Shown here piece after piece: positions 9,284 through 18,368 of a stretch of 64,000 bases of DNA; position 1 is the first letter of the stretch; the number at the start of each line of letters is the position of its first letter. Source of the DNA: an uncultured Planctomycetales bacterium (GTDB lineage: Bacteria > Omnitrophota > Gorgyraeia > Zapsychrales > JAHFFX01); NCBI GenBank assembly GCA_964612665.1, contig CAZTCI010000001.1, positions 898 through 64,897 of the forward strand. Reading direction: 5' to 3'. Made by a program: the position numbers and the translations under genes. The notes beneath the pieces were generated by a model, which was not told where the DNA came from, did not search any database, and was given only the letters and a program-made list of their open reading frames with translations.

Positions 9284-10423
9284 TTACTTCCTTAAGTCTT
9301 CATCTATATTTTTTATCGGAACGGAAACTTCAACTAAAGTTCCATGGCCAGGCCTCGCCTCAATGCTAAACTCTCCTCCCAACAGTTTGGCCCTCTCTTC
9401 CATCGTCGACAAACCGATCCCACCATGTTTCATTTTTTTGCTGTCCACTTTGACATTATCTTTTTTTATTGGGTGTTTATTGATTTTCTTTATATCAAAA
9501 CCGCATCCGTCGTCTTGAATCGTAATGATCAATTTTTCATCTTTCTTATGAAATTCAATGTCTACTTGACTCGCCTTGGCATGGCTGATGATATTGTGCA
9601 GCGCTTCCTGAACAATGCGGTAAACATTGATGGCCTCGCCTTCAAAAGTAACGCGGTTAAGCGGCCCGCAACGCAAATTTATTGTTAATCCGCGCTGATG
9701 TTTTAAATCATCAATCATCGTGGTCAACGCTGTTTTTAACCCAAGGATTTCAAGTGTTGCCGGACGTAATGTATAAGCGAGTGTCCGCGAGCGGTCAATG
9801 ATAGCATCCAAGGAGCTTATAATTTTTTGGCGGGATAATTCAAAATTTGGCTTTGTTTTATATAGGGAAGACTGAATTAACATTTTTAAGCTTACAAGCG
9901 ATTGGCCCAAGTCATCATGAATTTCGCGGGCGATCCTTTCGCGTTCCAGTTCCTGAGTTTGAATAATTTTCTGTGAAACTTTCTTTATTTCTTCTTCAAG
10001 CAATTTCAAGTGCGTGATTTCGTGACGGATAGCCACATATTGATAAGGCTTGCCGGTTTTATCCAGAAAAGGAACAATCGTCGTTGCGACCCAGTAAAAC
10101 TGGCCGTTTTTCTTGCGATTACGGATTTCTCCGCGCCAAATACGGCCGCTTGTAATCGTCTGCCAAAAGTCACAAAAGAATTCTTTGGAATGATAATGAG
10201 AATTAATAATCCGGTGGTCTTGTCCTAAAAGCTCTCCGCGGGAATAGCCGGAGATTTCACAAAACTTCGGATTCGCGTAGGTGATTTTGCCTTTATTGTC
10301 CGTGATGGCGACAATCAACGATTCATCGATGGCGGCTTTGATGGCGAGCAGTTCGGCATTGATTTTCTTAGTCTGGGATGCCCCCGGTTTTTGTTGGCGA
10401 ACGCCCGATTTGATTTCAACCAT
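9284..10423 (-). CDS. Cytoplasmic PAS-domain sensor histidine kinase (HisKA_3/NarX-type)
   Basis: An N-terminal PAS domain, an H-box IHDDLGQSLVSLK, and an HATPase G-box DDGCGFD...GGIGLSTMEERAKLLGG. It is translationally coupled to the regulator. Confidence 0.8.
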   Translation of the reverse strand: MVEIKSGVRQQKPGASQTKKINAELLAIKAAIDESLIVAITDNKGKITYANPKFCEISGYSRGELLGQDHRIINSHYHSKEFFCDFWQTITSGRIWRGEIRNRKKNGQFYWVATTIVPFLDKTGKPYQYVAIRHEITHLKLLEEEIKKVSQKIIQTQELERERIAREIHDDLGQSLVSLKMLIQSSLYKTKPNFELSRQKIISSLDAIIDRSRTLAYTLRPATLEILGLKTALTTMIDDLKHQRGLTINLRCGPLNRVTFEGEAINVYRIVQEALHNIISHAKASQVDIEFHKKDEKLIITIQDDGCGFDIKKINKHPIKKDNVKVDSKKMKHGGIGLSTMEERAKLLGGEFSIEARPGHGTLVEVSVPIKNIDEDLRK

Positions 10424-10467
10424 GATTTATTTTAACAGTACACTGTTGAGGAATTCTGAATAAAAAG

Positions 10468-11049
10468 TTATCGACGGGGAATTGGCCCCATTGTTAATTC
10501 CAACACTAACCGTTTTTTTTCTTCGATATAAAAACTAATTTCATATTTATCGGTTTGCTGCGGATAAAATTGGATGCCCTCAAAAGCAGAATTACGGTAG
10601 CTTAAAAATGGTGACATTTGAAGTTCAATGTAGCCTAACTGTGAAATGGCGGACTTAAAATGACCTGCGATCACGTTGCACAGCGTTCCGCAGGCGTCTT
10701 TGAGCTGCTCTTCATCGTCGTCATCTTCAATGAAAGGATATTGCAAGATCCGAAGTAAATCAGCGACAAAATCTTCTTCAACATAAATAATGACGGCCCC
10801 TAACGCCTTACGGGCCTCCATCTCTTTTCTATCCGTGTAATAATTGACCGCGGCAATATAGGTAGGCTGTTCAAATTTTTCCATCCCGAAAACCCGCATG
10901 CGCTGACGGAATTCAACGATAGGCTTGCGTTCAACGACGGGTTCCCGGGACAAAACTGTCTTTCCGGTTGTCTTGAACATATCTTTGACAATTTCGGCGA
11001 GACTGACGGCTAAGACAAATAGTTCTTCGGCGTTATTAGGATTGGTCAA
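10468..11049 (-). CDS. CheX/CheC-like (phosphatase-fold) domain protein, paralog 1
   Basis: About 190 aa, sharing ~35-40% identity by eye with 31461..32033 (GMEKF..P..I..VN.Y, GAV.IY.E, DE..LK..CG.L..V.A..FK..L...GY). It lies next to a CheY gene. The CheX assignment is tentative. Confidence 0.35.
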   Translation of the reverse strand: MTNPNNAEELFVLAVSLAEIVKDMFKTTGKTVLSREPVVERKPIVEFRQRMRVFGMEKFEQPTYIAAVNYYTDRKEMEARKALGAVIIYVEEDFVADLLRILQYPFIEDDDDEEQLKDACGTLCNVIAGHFKSAISQLGYIELQMSPFLSYRNSAFEGIQFYPQQTDKYEISFYIEEKKRLVLELTMGPIPRR

Positions 11050-11136
11050 ATAAGAATCTCTTTTTCAGAAAACAATGTGAAGATAAAATAAAAATCTAAT
11101 GCTTTAGCGCTTGTGAATTCTAAAAGTTTTAGATCT

Positions 11137-11514
11137 TTATTTCAAAAACGGCGTAATTGTTTGAATCACTGTCTCGGGTTTATACGGTTTTACAATATAG
11201 CCAGCCAGCTTTGGATTGGCTTCACGGGCTTCTCTTTTGTTTTCTTCAGACCCTGAGGCCGTGACCATCACAATAGGGATGTCGGCAACGGCCGGCACTT
11301 GAACAACGGCCTTCATAAAATCTATGCCGTTAAGCTTAGGCATTTGCCAATCTAAAAGGATCAAACAGATATCTTGAAAATGATTACTTAAGACAGTCAG
11401 CGCTTCTTGGCCGTCGACAGCTTGGAGAATTTCCTGTTGGACGGCATTTTTGGTGAGAACATTGATGAGTAATTTTCGTTCTAAGAGCGAATCATCGACG
11501 ACCAGAATTTTCAT
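11137..11514 (-). CDS. CheY-like single-domain response regulator
   Basis: KILVVDDS...LILLDWQMPKLNG...YIVKPY. Confidence 0.8.
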   Translation of the reverse strand: MKILVVDDSLLERKLLINVLTKNAVQQEILQAVDGQEALTVLSNHFQDICLILLDWQMPKLNGIDFMKAVVQVPAVADIPIVMVTASGSEENKREAREANPKLAGYIVKPYKPETVIQTITPFLK

Positions 11515-11577
11515 AGGGGCATTTTAATAGATTTATAAATAAAATCAAATTGAAAATCGAGGCTGTTGAAAAACCTA

Positions 11578-11686
11578 TTTGAACGCGAATTCCCCAAATG
11601 ACACACGAATGGTCGCGAATGTTGCCCGTCGATAATTCGCGTTGATTCGAGTGTAATTCGCGATCATTCGCGTTGAAAAAGACTTT
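11578..11686. repeat. Dispersed palindromic intergenic element built from CGCGAAT/ATTCGCG heptamers, copy A
   Basis: gaacgcgaatt..cacacgaat..gtcgcgaat...aattcgcg..gattcgagtgtaattcgcgatcattcgcg. It shares the gattcgagt(g)taattcgcg block with copy B. Confidence 0.6.
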
Positions 11687-11703
11687 TTCAACGCTCTCAA
11701 AAT

Positions 11704-12324
11704 CTAAGTTTCTCCTAATAATTTCATTTTAAGCCGGTTATCAATCGGATGATTTCCCACCCAAACCGCAAAAAGCGCGGCCGCGAAATCAGCGCCAGCG
11801 ATCTTCCCTTTTAATTGACCATTATAACAAAAATAAGTTCCCTTCCCGGGCAGATACGTTAACGTGTAACGGTCTCCTGGTTTGATATCGACGTAAAAAC
11901 CATCCATCGCGTCAATCCGGTCTTTTAATTTAAGATAAGTTTTGTCATCAACGTTGTCGCGAATGCGCTGACGGGTTTCGACGGCCAGTTTTTGTCCAGG
12001 AATTTTCTGAAAATAAGCCACTTCTAAATGCTTCGCCACATCATCCAACGCCGTTTGCGAATTTACATTTGACGAAAGATACAAACCCGCCACAAATATT
12101 TTTAATATAAATATTTTCTTTAGCCCAAGCCCGCGCAGTTTTAAACTTGAACCTTCGGAAATCTTTAAATCTTTTTGAATTGAAATCTGGTCAGTAAAAT
12201 GCATTCCTTCTAAATCAGCGGCGCTAAGCGGGCGGTTCATTAGACTGCATAAGAGAAACCCAAAGATCAAAACGGTCGAGATTCTTTTTAAAATTAAATG
12301 TTGCTTTAAAATGGGGTTAAACAC
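11704..12324 (-). CDS. Chalcone-isomerase-like family protein (secreted)
   Basis: A signal peptide, then the fold signature LRGLGLKKIFILKIFVAGLYL...KHLEVAYFQKIPGQKLAVETRQRIRDNV. Confidence 0.45.
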   Translation of the reverse strand: MFNPILKQHLILKRISTVLIFGFLLCSLMNRPLSAADLEGMHFTDQISIQKDLKISEGSSLKLRGLGLKKIFILKIFVAGLYLSSNVNSQTALDDVAKHLEVAYFQKIPGQKLAVETRQRIRDNVDDKTYLKLKDRIDAMDGFYVDIKPGDRYTLTYLPGKGTYFCYNGQLKGKIAGADFAAALFAVWVGNHPIDNRLKMKLLGET

Positions 12325-13402
12325 TTATCGCGTAAGCATTATCGGTTAAAGATCGTAATCTTCTCGAAGAATAACGTTTTCCACCAACCCAAGGCGGATC
12401 GCCCGGATGTTTCCATTCCGACGGACGGTTTAAGTCCATTCCCTCAACACTGCGTTGATTAAACTGCTGAGGATCAATGGCGAGACGAATCGCTTCCCCG
12501 CAGTTTAAAAGGTGTTGAGGAAGAACGTCGCGTATCCGGTTTTCCTGGCAAACAACTTCGTTACCCAATCCTTCCGCAAGCGGCTCTGCCATCTTCGCAG
12601 GAATCTTAGTCACCCATTCAATCCAGCGGGCGCTTGCATGCGCATCAACCGAGGACAAAGGCAAAATCAAGCGCGGCCACAATCGTGCTTCTTTCATAAA
12701 AATATTAATTACATCACGGTAACTTAAAACATCCGGACCGCCTATGTCATAAGTTTTTCCAGCGGTTTGAGGATTCTCGAGACAGCCAATCGCGTATTGA
12801 AGGACATTGCGGATGGCAATGGGTTGAGAACGGGTCGAAAGATTATGCGAAGTCACCATAATAGGAGAACGTTCGATTAAACGCCGCATAATTTCAAAAG
12901 ATAAACTGCCTGCGCCCAAAATCATTGCTGCCCTGAGAATGGTTACAGGCACACTTCCTTTTCTCAGAATTTTTCCAACCTCCAGCCGCGAATGCAAATG
13001 CCGGCTTAAATTTTCCGATTCCTCGCCTAACCCGCCCAAATAAATAATCCGTTTGACGAGTAAACCCTCGGCACAGTCAGCAAGATTATAAGCCGCCATG
13101 CGTTCAAGTTTAGGATAATCTTCAAAATCACTATGCATCGAATGCACGAGATAGAAAATTGTTTCGCAGCCGAGGCACGCGACGTTAAGCGTCTCTTTAT
13201 CCAGCACATCGGTTCTAATTAATGATACACGAGGGTGGTTGGCCCAGAGACGGTTTGCGAGTTTCTCCGGCTCACGTGAAGCGGCTTTAATGTAATATCC
13301 TTTTTGTAACAATAATGGAATAAGCCGCGACCCGACGTAGCCAGAAGCGCCGAGAACCAAAATTTTTCTAAAAACCATCCGTTGACTGTCTTGAGGTTGC
13401 AT
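12317..13402 (-). CDS. NAD(P)-binding epimerase/dehydratase (extended SDR) family protein
   Basis: ILVLGASGYVGSRLIPLLLQKGY Rossmann motif. It overlaps the start of the upstream gene. Confidence 0.6.
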   Translation of the reverse strand: MQPQDSQRMVFRKILVLGASGYVGSRLIPLLLQKGYYIKAASREPEKLANRLWANHPRVSLIRTDVLDKETLNVACLGCETIFYLVHSMHSDFEDYPKLERMAAYNLADCAEGLLVKRIIYLGGLGEESENLSRHLHSRLEVGKILRKGSVPVTILRAAMILGAGSLSFEIMRRLIERSPIMVTSHNLSTRSQPIAIRNVLQYAIGCLENPQTAGKTYDIGGPDVLSYRDVINIFMKEARLWPRLILPLSSVDAHASARWIEWVTKIPAKMAEPLAEGLGNEVVCQENRIRDVLPQHLLNCGEAIRLAIDPQQFNQRSVEGMDLNRPSEWKHPGDPPWVGGKRYSSRRLRSLTDNAYAISV

Positions 13403-13423
13403 GATACGATTCGAAATTAGTTA

Positions 13424-13774
13424 ATGATCAATACAATGGACAAACAAATTCTTAAAATTATTTTAACATTTATTCTTTTCAGTTTCCTTACATCTTCCAC
13501 CTCCGCCTGTCCTGCGCTTAAAAAATTAGGACGCGGTGTCATCAACGTGGCCACCTCACCGCTGGAAGTTCCCAAACAAACATTTATTGAATTTAACCGC
13601 GGCCGCAAAATAACTTTTCATGTGAGCGTTTGGATTCTTTCCGGTTTAGCCAAAGGAACTGCTTATTCAATCGGACGTCTGGCCTCAGGCGTCTGGGATA
13701 TTGTCTCTTTCCCCATTCCTAAACCCGCTGATTATAAACCGTTGATGCAGCCTCCGACGGTATTTGAACAATGA
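13424..13774 (+). CDS. Small secreted protein, possibly TIGR04073-like (exosortase-associated family)
   Basis: A signal peptide followed by CPALKKLGRGVINVATSPLEVP. Recognition is weak. Confidence 0.3.
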   Translation: MINTMDKQILKIILTFILFSFLTSSTSACPALKKLGRGVINVATSPLEVPKQTFIEFNRGRKITFHVSVWILSGLAKGTAYSIGRLASGVWDIVSFPIPKPADYKPLMQPPTVFEQ

Positions 13775-13819
13775 TTTCAGAAAATGGATGACAGAAATTA
13801 GACTTCTGTCTTCTTAAAA

Positions 13820-14113
13820 TTATTCCTTCATTTTTAATTCTGTGCCGTCTTTCGGACAGAATTGTTTGTCGGCCGTATAAGTCGCGCCGCATTTGGGACA
13901 GAATTTCTTGTCCATATGTTCACCAACGAGCATTCCGCCCACGGCACCGGCGACACCGCCAATCGCCGCGCCGGCCACATCATGGCCGGATTGATGACCA
14001 ATAATACCACCGAGTACAGCGCCTGAACCACCGCCGACGGCAGCACCTTGTTCAGTAGTTGTGCAGCTCGTAAGCGCCATCATTACAAATCCCGCCAACA
14101 AAAATTTTTTCAT
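13820..14113 (-). CDS. Glycine-zipper lipoprotein with a C-terminal zinc-ribbon-like CPxCG...CPxDG motif
   Basis: Lipobox LTSC, a Gly-rich zipper GGIIGHQSG...GAAIGGVAGAVGGMLVG, then FCPKCG...FCPKDG. Confidence 0.5.
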   Translation of the reverse strand: MKKFLLAGFVMMALTSCTTTEQGAAVGGGSGAVLGGIIGHQSGHDVAGAAIGGVAGAVGGMLVGEHMDKKFCPKCGATYTADKQFCPKDGTELKMKE

Positions 14114-14154
14114 AAAACCTCCTTGCTGCTCTCTACTTTTTTCATAATTATATT

Positions 14155-15510
14155 TTATTTAACAGTCCTGACAATCAAAAACCTAACTTCTCCTGCCTTA
14201 ATTTGAATTTTCCCTAAATCAATATGCTGTAGCAAAACTTGATTGTTATTGAAATTATCTACTGAAACATCCCAGGTGCCGGGATCTAAAACTAATTGAG
14301 ACAAACGGATTTCCGACGGCAGCATTTGCCAGCTGCGTAAATCGGCTTGCTCCGAATAAAAATTAAATAAACTGCCCAAGAGACGAAAAACTAACGCGGT
14401 GTTTGAGCCGTAATGTTCGCGCAGGTTTCTTTCTTCGGTTCTTTCCAAAAGATATTTTGCCGCCGGACGCAGCGCCGTTTTGGCCATCACGCGGACTTTG
14501 CGGTCTTCTAAATTTTTAACTGCGATCGCGCCGATATCCTGAACCACTTCGGTAGGTTGAACGACAGCGATGCCGATGGAAAGTTTAGCGATGAAATTGG
14601 AATGACTGGTTTCATAGTAACGGCTGAGATATTTAGGGAACGCTATCTTAGTTAAGTATCCGCCGGGCAGAACAAGTGGCACAGATGTTTCAACTTTAAA
14701 CGGCGCCAGACCATTATATTGGATTAGATAAAGTTGACCTTTTTTCTTTTTTTCTTCTAAGGTCCAAAAGCTGTCTTCGGGAATTTGCCGTCGGAATTCA
14801 TTAAATTCTGACCGTCCCATCCATTTGGCCGCGGCCAACAGATTTTGTTTGAGAGTCTCAGGAGCGTTAAGGCCATAATGAGAGGCATAATCGTTCGTAT
14901 AAATTCCCCAGGCTTTACGGTAAGAAATAAACGCATCGTTATAATTTTCCGCCGAGCCATTGACTTCATAAAGAATACCCATCAAAAACCGCGCGAAGGC
15001 GTCTTCTTTATAAGCATTCTTTTCCCCGGGTTTGTACTGGCTGTTAATGACATTCAATTTGGTGTCAACATCCCTCGCTTCAACCAGGGCTTCTGAAAAA
15101 TTATTCATCGCCGCGAAGTTGAGCGCTTGAAAAATATTAATTAACACCCGTTCAAAATCTTCGCCGCGATAATCGTCGAGATAATCATTAACAGCCCACG
15201 TCGCCATCTCTTTACTGATGGATTGTGTGTATAGCTGATCGAATTTCAATTTTGCTTGTTCAAAAACCGTAATACTGTCTTCAAACCGTCCGGCCAGATG
15301 CAACACAAAAGCTTTGTCCAAAAGATAAAGCAGTTCATTCTTGGAACCGTAAGCCTGGCGCTGTGATTCTAAAACACCGACGGCTTGATCGGCTTTATGG
15401 TCGGCAATTAAAGTTGTTATTTGATGTTCAATGTGAGGTGGTGTTGAAGCGCAGGAATTCAAGATGAAGCACAAAAAGATGATTATGCCATTTATTGACT
15501 TTTTCTTCAT
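14155..15510 (-). CDS. Hypothetical lipoprotein (~451 aa)
   Basis: The start is placed at MKKKSINGIIIFLCFILNSCAS (lipobox). The longer ORF to 15693 lacks a signal peptide and runs through a palindrome. No family recognised. Confidence 0.45.
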   Translation of the reverse strand: MKKKSINGIIIFLCFILNSCASTPPHIEHQITTLIADHKADQAVGVLESQRQAYGSKNELLYLLDKAFVLHLAGRFEDSITVFEQAKLKFDQLYTQSISKEMATWAVNDYLDDYRGEDFERVLINIFQALNFAAMNNFSEALVEARDVDTKLNVINSQYKPGEKNAYKEDAFARFLMGILYEVNGSAENYNDAFISYRKAWGIYTNDYASHYGLNAPETLKQNLLAAAKWMGRSEFNEFRRQIPEDSFWTLEEKKKKGQLYLIQYNGLAPFKVETSVPLVLPGGYLTKIAFPKYLSRYYETSHSNFIAKLSIGIAVVQPTEVVQDIGAIAVKNLEDRKVRVMAKTALRPAAKYLLERTEERNLREHYGSNTALVFRLLGSLFNFYSEQADLRSWQMLPSEIRLSQLVLDPGTWDVSVDNFNNNQVLLQHIDLGKIQIKAGEVRFLIVRTVK

Positions 15511-15641
15511 CAAAATTAAGGTGGTCAATATTAGGTCTTTTTTCCAGAGGAAAAAAAGTCTTAATATTGGTTTCCTTGATTTTGGTTTGGAAAAGACCAA
15601 TAGAAAAAAGGAACGCTTGGTGAATCGGATAGGTTTCATGG

Positions 15642-15717
15642 GGAGTTTTATAAAAGTAGAGAGTAGAAAGTAGAGAGTCATACGAATGAGCACCCATTAT
15701 ATTACTCTCTCCTCTCT
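15642..15717. terminator. Long purine-rich imperfect palindrome between the LpoB-like gene and the downstream lipoprotein gene
   Basis: agtagagagtagaaagtagagagt ...loop... actctctcctctctcctttctact. Confidence 0.35.
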
Positions 15718-15748
15718 CCTTTCTACTCATCTACTACTTATAAGACTT

Positions 15749-16363
15749 TCAAAACGAATATTGCGCGTTCGAAACGACCTTTTTAATGTCCTTCTGGCCG
15801 ATCCAAACTTTTTGATTGGTCGTGAGATCAACAAGCTCAAGATTCACTTGATACAAAATCGCGTACTTGCCTTTGATCTCATCGGTCACTGAATTGATGC
15901 TGCCCTGAAGCATAAAATCAGCGCCGGTTTCTTTGCCCTTAGGTTTTATGGTTTGCGGATCTGTTTGACCTTCTTCCTGCTGGTCCCGCCGCTCATCACG
16001 CACATCCGAACGTTCTTGACGTGAGTCAACAAAAACAACTTTGCGGTTATTCAAAAGATTGCGTTGAAGCTCTTTAACAAATATTTGGGAATCAATATGC
16101 TCGGCGGTACGGTTCATAATTGTCCCCACAATCACAACCGGATCGCGTTTGCTTTTTTCATTAAAAATATTAATCCACGGCCGGCTTAAACAATCTTTAA
16201 TCATTTCTTCCGAAACCAAGCGTGAATCCGTGTCATTCCACCGGCCGCTTAAATCAACCTGTTTATTGACCTCAGTACGGACAACTTTCGGCGTCGAGGA
16301 ACAGCCTGCCACAAAATTCAAAATGAAACCAACGCAAATTATTTTCGATAGATTCGATTTCAT
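15749..16363 (-). CDS. LpoB-like (COG3417-type) lipoprotein
   Basis: Lipobox VAGCSS, about 200 aa. The IVGTIMNRTAEHIDSQIF core and an acidic linker resemble peptidoglycan-synthase activator LpoB-like proteins. Confidence 0.4.
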   Translation of the reverse strand: MKSNLSKIICVGFILNFVAGCSSTPKVVRTEVNKQVDLSGRWNDTDSRLVSEEMIKDCLSRPWINIFNEKSKRDPVVIVGTIMNRTAEHIDSQIFVKELQRNLLNNRKVVFVDSRQERSDVRDERRDQQEEGQTDPQTIKPKGKETGADFMLQGSINSVTDEIKGKYAILYQVNLELVDLTTNQKVWIGQKDIKKVVSNAQYSF

Positions 16364-16443
16364 AGAACGCTCCTTGTTTTGAAATTTTTTAGATCGAAAT
16401 TAATTTTGAAAAGAAAAAAACAGGAATAATTTTTGAAAGGAAA

Positions 16444-17967
16444 TCAATCACCAAAGCGGTAGGTTGTTCCAAGCATAGCCGTCCACGAATTCCAGTTGAC
16501 TTCATTAAGACGTTGTTCCAATACTTGAGAATTGGCAGGGAATACTCTGTCCACCCCGCCTTCAATTGAAAACGTCTTAAAATCCCAATCGAAATCAAGT
16601 GACCAACTGTCGGTCAATGCATAAGAACAGCCAAGCCCGAGGATAATGCCATCACCACGGCCCGAGTGCTCAAAACTTCTGGGATGTTGAAGATCATCTC
16701 TTAAGTTCCAGTCGCCTTGAGCATAATAATTAACCCAATGATATTCAAATCGAATTAAACCATAAAGTCGTTTCAATGCACCTTCCAATTTAAAACCAAC
16801 CCAAGGACCCTGCCATTCGGCATCATAATGACTATTCAAACCGTCAAATGGTCCCAATGCTCGCGTGATGCCCGGGGTTGAAAGAGTTTGAACTCCGTCG
16901 GTGGCTTGCAAATTCTGTTTGTGGTAAGAATAACCAGCGAGCGGTGTCACAAATAAACTGTTGACGTCCCAAAAATTTGTGTACTCATTAATATTCAGCC
17001 GGTAACCTAATCCTGCTGATAAATCAGCGGTCTGTCCATCATCTGATCTATTATTGGAACGGGAAAATTCAGCAGTACGGTCATCGCCGGCGTAATCTGA
17101 ATCCTGATTTTTTCCTTTGGTGATTTCACCATAAGCTCCTGAACCATCGATGACAAATGCGTTGGGAAAAATCACATCGCCACTGGCTTTAACTTCATAA
17201 ATTTGTAAATCTTTCCAAGTCAACTCGGATAAAATGTTCGGTGAGCCTCCGGAATTGGCGATATTCCAGTTAAACTTGTCATGGCGGTACCCAGCATGCA
17301 GTCCCATCTCAAGCTTAAAGTCTTCATTCGAGTTTAAATGAAAATAATCCGGCTCTGCGCCATAATATTCCCGATGGGGAATAGCATAAGAGCGCTCCAT
17401 GGTATCGCGGGGCTGGGAATTATGACGCATTTCTAAATCTTCGCGGCTGCCCAAATACTGATCGTTTCCGTAAATCGTTTTTTGGGTTGGCTTAATTGGG
17501 ATCTCAGGTTCCGCCTGGCTTGTCGAAGAGCTTATCTTAGCATCTTCATTATCATTGTTGTTGTCTTGGGAATTGTTTTCTTCGTTACTGGTTGTGTTTT
17601 TTTCGTCGGAAGGCTGGGCGGCTGATGCATCAGGGGCCGGCGATACAATAACGGGGTCGGTCGTAATTTCAACGGCGGCTGAATTTTTAGGTTGATCGGA
17701 TTCTGCCGAATGAGCGTTGGAAACATCAGGGTTCATGACGGTTGAGGCATCCTGAGAAGGAACCGGTATAGGTGGATTAGTGGCGTCGGCGAAACAGGTA
17801 TCATTCCAATCGATTGTCCCGCAGACATCTTTAGTTTTTTCCATCCGGGCAAGCGCCTTATTGATGGCGGCATTCCGTCGGGCGGTCTGACTATCATCTG
17901 CTGACACAACGGAAATTTGTAAACCCGCGGCCAACATCAGAATAAATAATACGCGTAATTGTTTCAT
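16444..17967 (-). CDS. Predicted outer-membrane beta-barrel protein with a low-complexity N-terminal region
   Basis: A signal peptide, a Ser/Asn/Asp-rich linker, then a C-terminal ~300 aa with alternating aromatic/hydrophilic beta-strand periodicity (GYRL, YHW, DFDWDF) ending ...TTYRFGD. Confidence 0.45.
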   Translation of the reverse strand: MKQLRVLFILMLAAGLQISVVSADDSQTARRNAAINKALARMEKTKDVCGTIDWNDTCFADATNPPIPVPSQDASTVMNPDVSNAHSAESDQPKNSAAVEITTDPVIVSPAPDASAAQPSDEKNTTSNEENNSQDNNNDNEDAKISSSTSQAEPEIPIKPTQKTIYGNDQYLGSREDLEMRHNSQPRDTMERSYAIPHREYYGAEPDYFHLNSNEDFKLEMGLHAGYRHDKFNWNIANSGGSPNILSELTWKDLQIYEVKASGDVIFPNAFVIDGSGAYGEITKGKNQDSDYAGDDRTAEFSRSNNRSDDGQTADLSAGLGYRLNINEYTNFWDVNSLFVTPLAGYSYHKQNLQATDGVQTLSTPGITRALGPFDGLNSHYDAEWQGPWVGFKLEGALKRLYGLIRFEYHWVNYYAQGDWNLRDDLQHPRSFEHSGRGDGIILGLGCSYALTDSWSLDFDWDFKTFSIEGGVDRVFPANSQVLEQRLNEVNWNSWTAMLGTTYRFGD

Positions 17968-18134
17968 ATTATCTTTGGATAAAAGAATATTTGTGAAATT
18001 CGCAAAGTAAGTTTATTGTAATAAATGGGAATGCGAATGCCATTAAAATCTCATATTTTTTGAGTCGAGACTAAAGGGTAACATTTTTTATTCATCGTTG
18101 TCAATGTCTCAAACATAATAAGGAATTCTTCGCT

Positions 18135-18329
18135 ATGCCTTCATTTTCAAAAGAAAAGTCCTTCCCCTGCCCTTACTGCGGCAGTTTAAACTATATCCAG
18201 CTCGATAACACCGCCTCTTCCCTATATAATCAAGTTGTGGACTGCGAAGTGTGCTGCCGGCCAATTGTTGTTCGGCTTAGACGGCAAGGAGGTTATTTGG
18301 ATTTAGAAATTCACGGCGAGAATGAATGA
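18135..18329 (+). CDS. CPXCG-related zinc-finger protein
   Basis: CPYCGS...CEVCCRP in a 64-aa protein. Confidence 0.6.
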   Translation: MPSFSKEKSFPCPYCGSLNYIQLDNTASSLYNQVVDCEVCCRPIVVRLRRQGGYLDLEIHGENE

Positions 18330-18368
18330 ACGTACTTTGGAAGACAGAAGTCGTTCACTAAAAAAATC

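Noticed and set aside
10800-10991. Small ORFs nested inside annotated genes (for example 10800..10991, 13027..13209, 17532..17726, 21308..21511)
   Set aside because: They are in alternative frames of well-supported genes and have low-complexity translations.
15428-15730. ORF 15428..15730 and the 512-aa extension of the lipoprotein gene to 15693
   Set aside because: They span the 15642-15717 palindrome and give low-complexity sequence. The lipobox start at 15510 is far more plausible.
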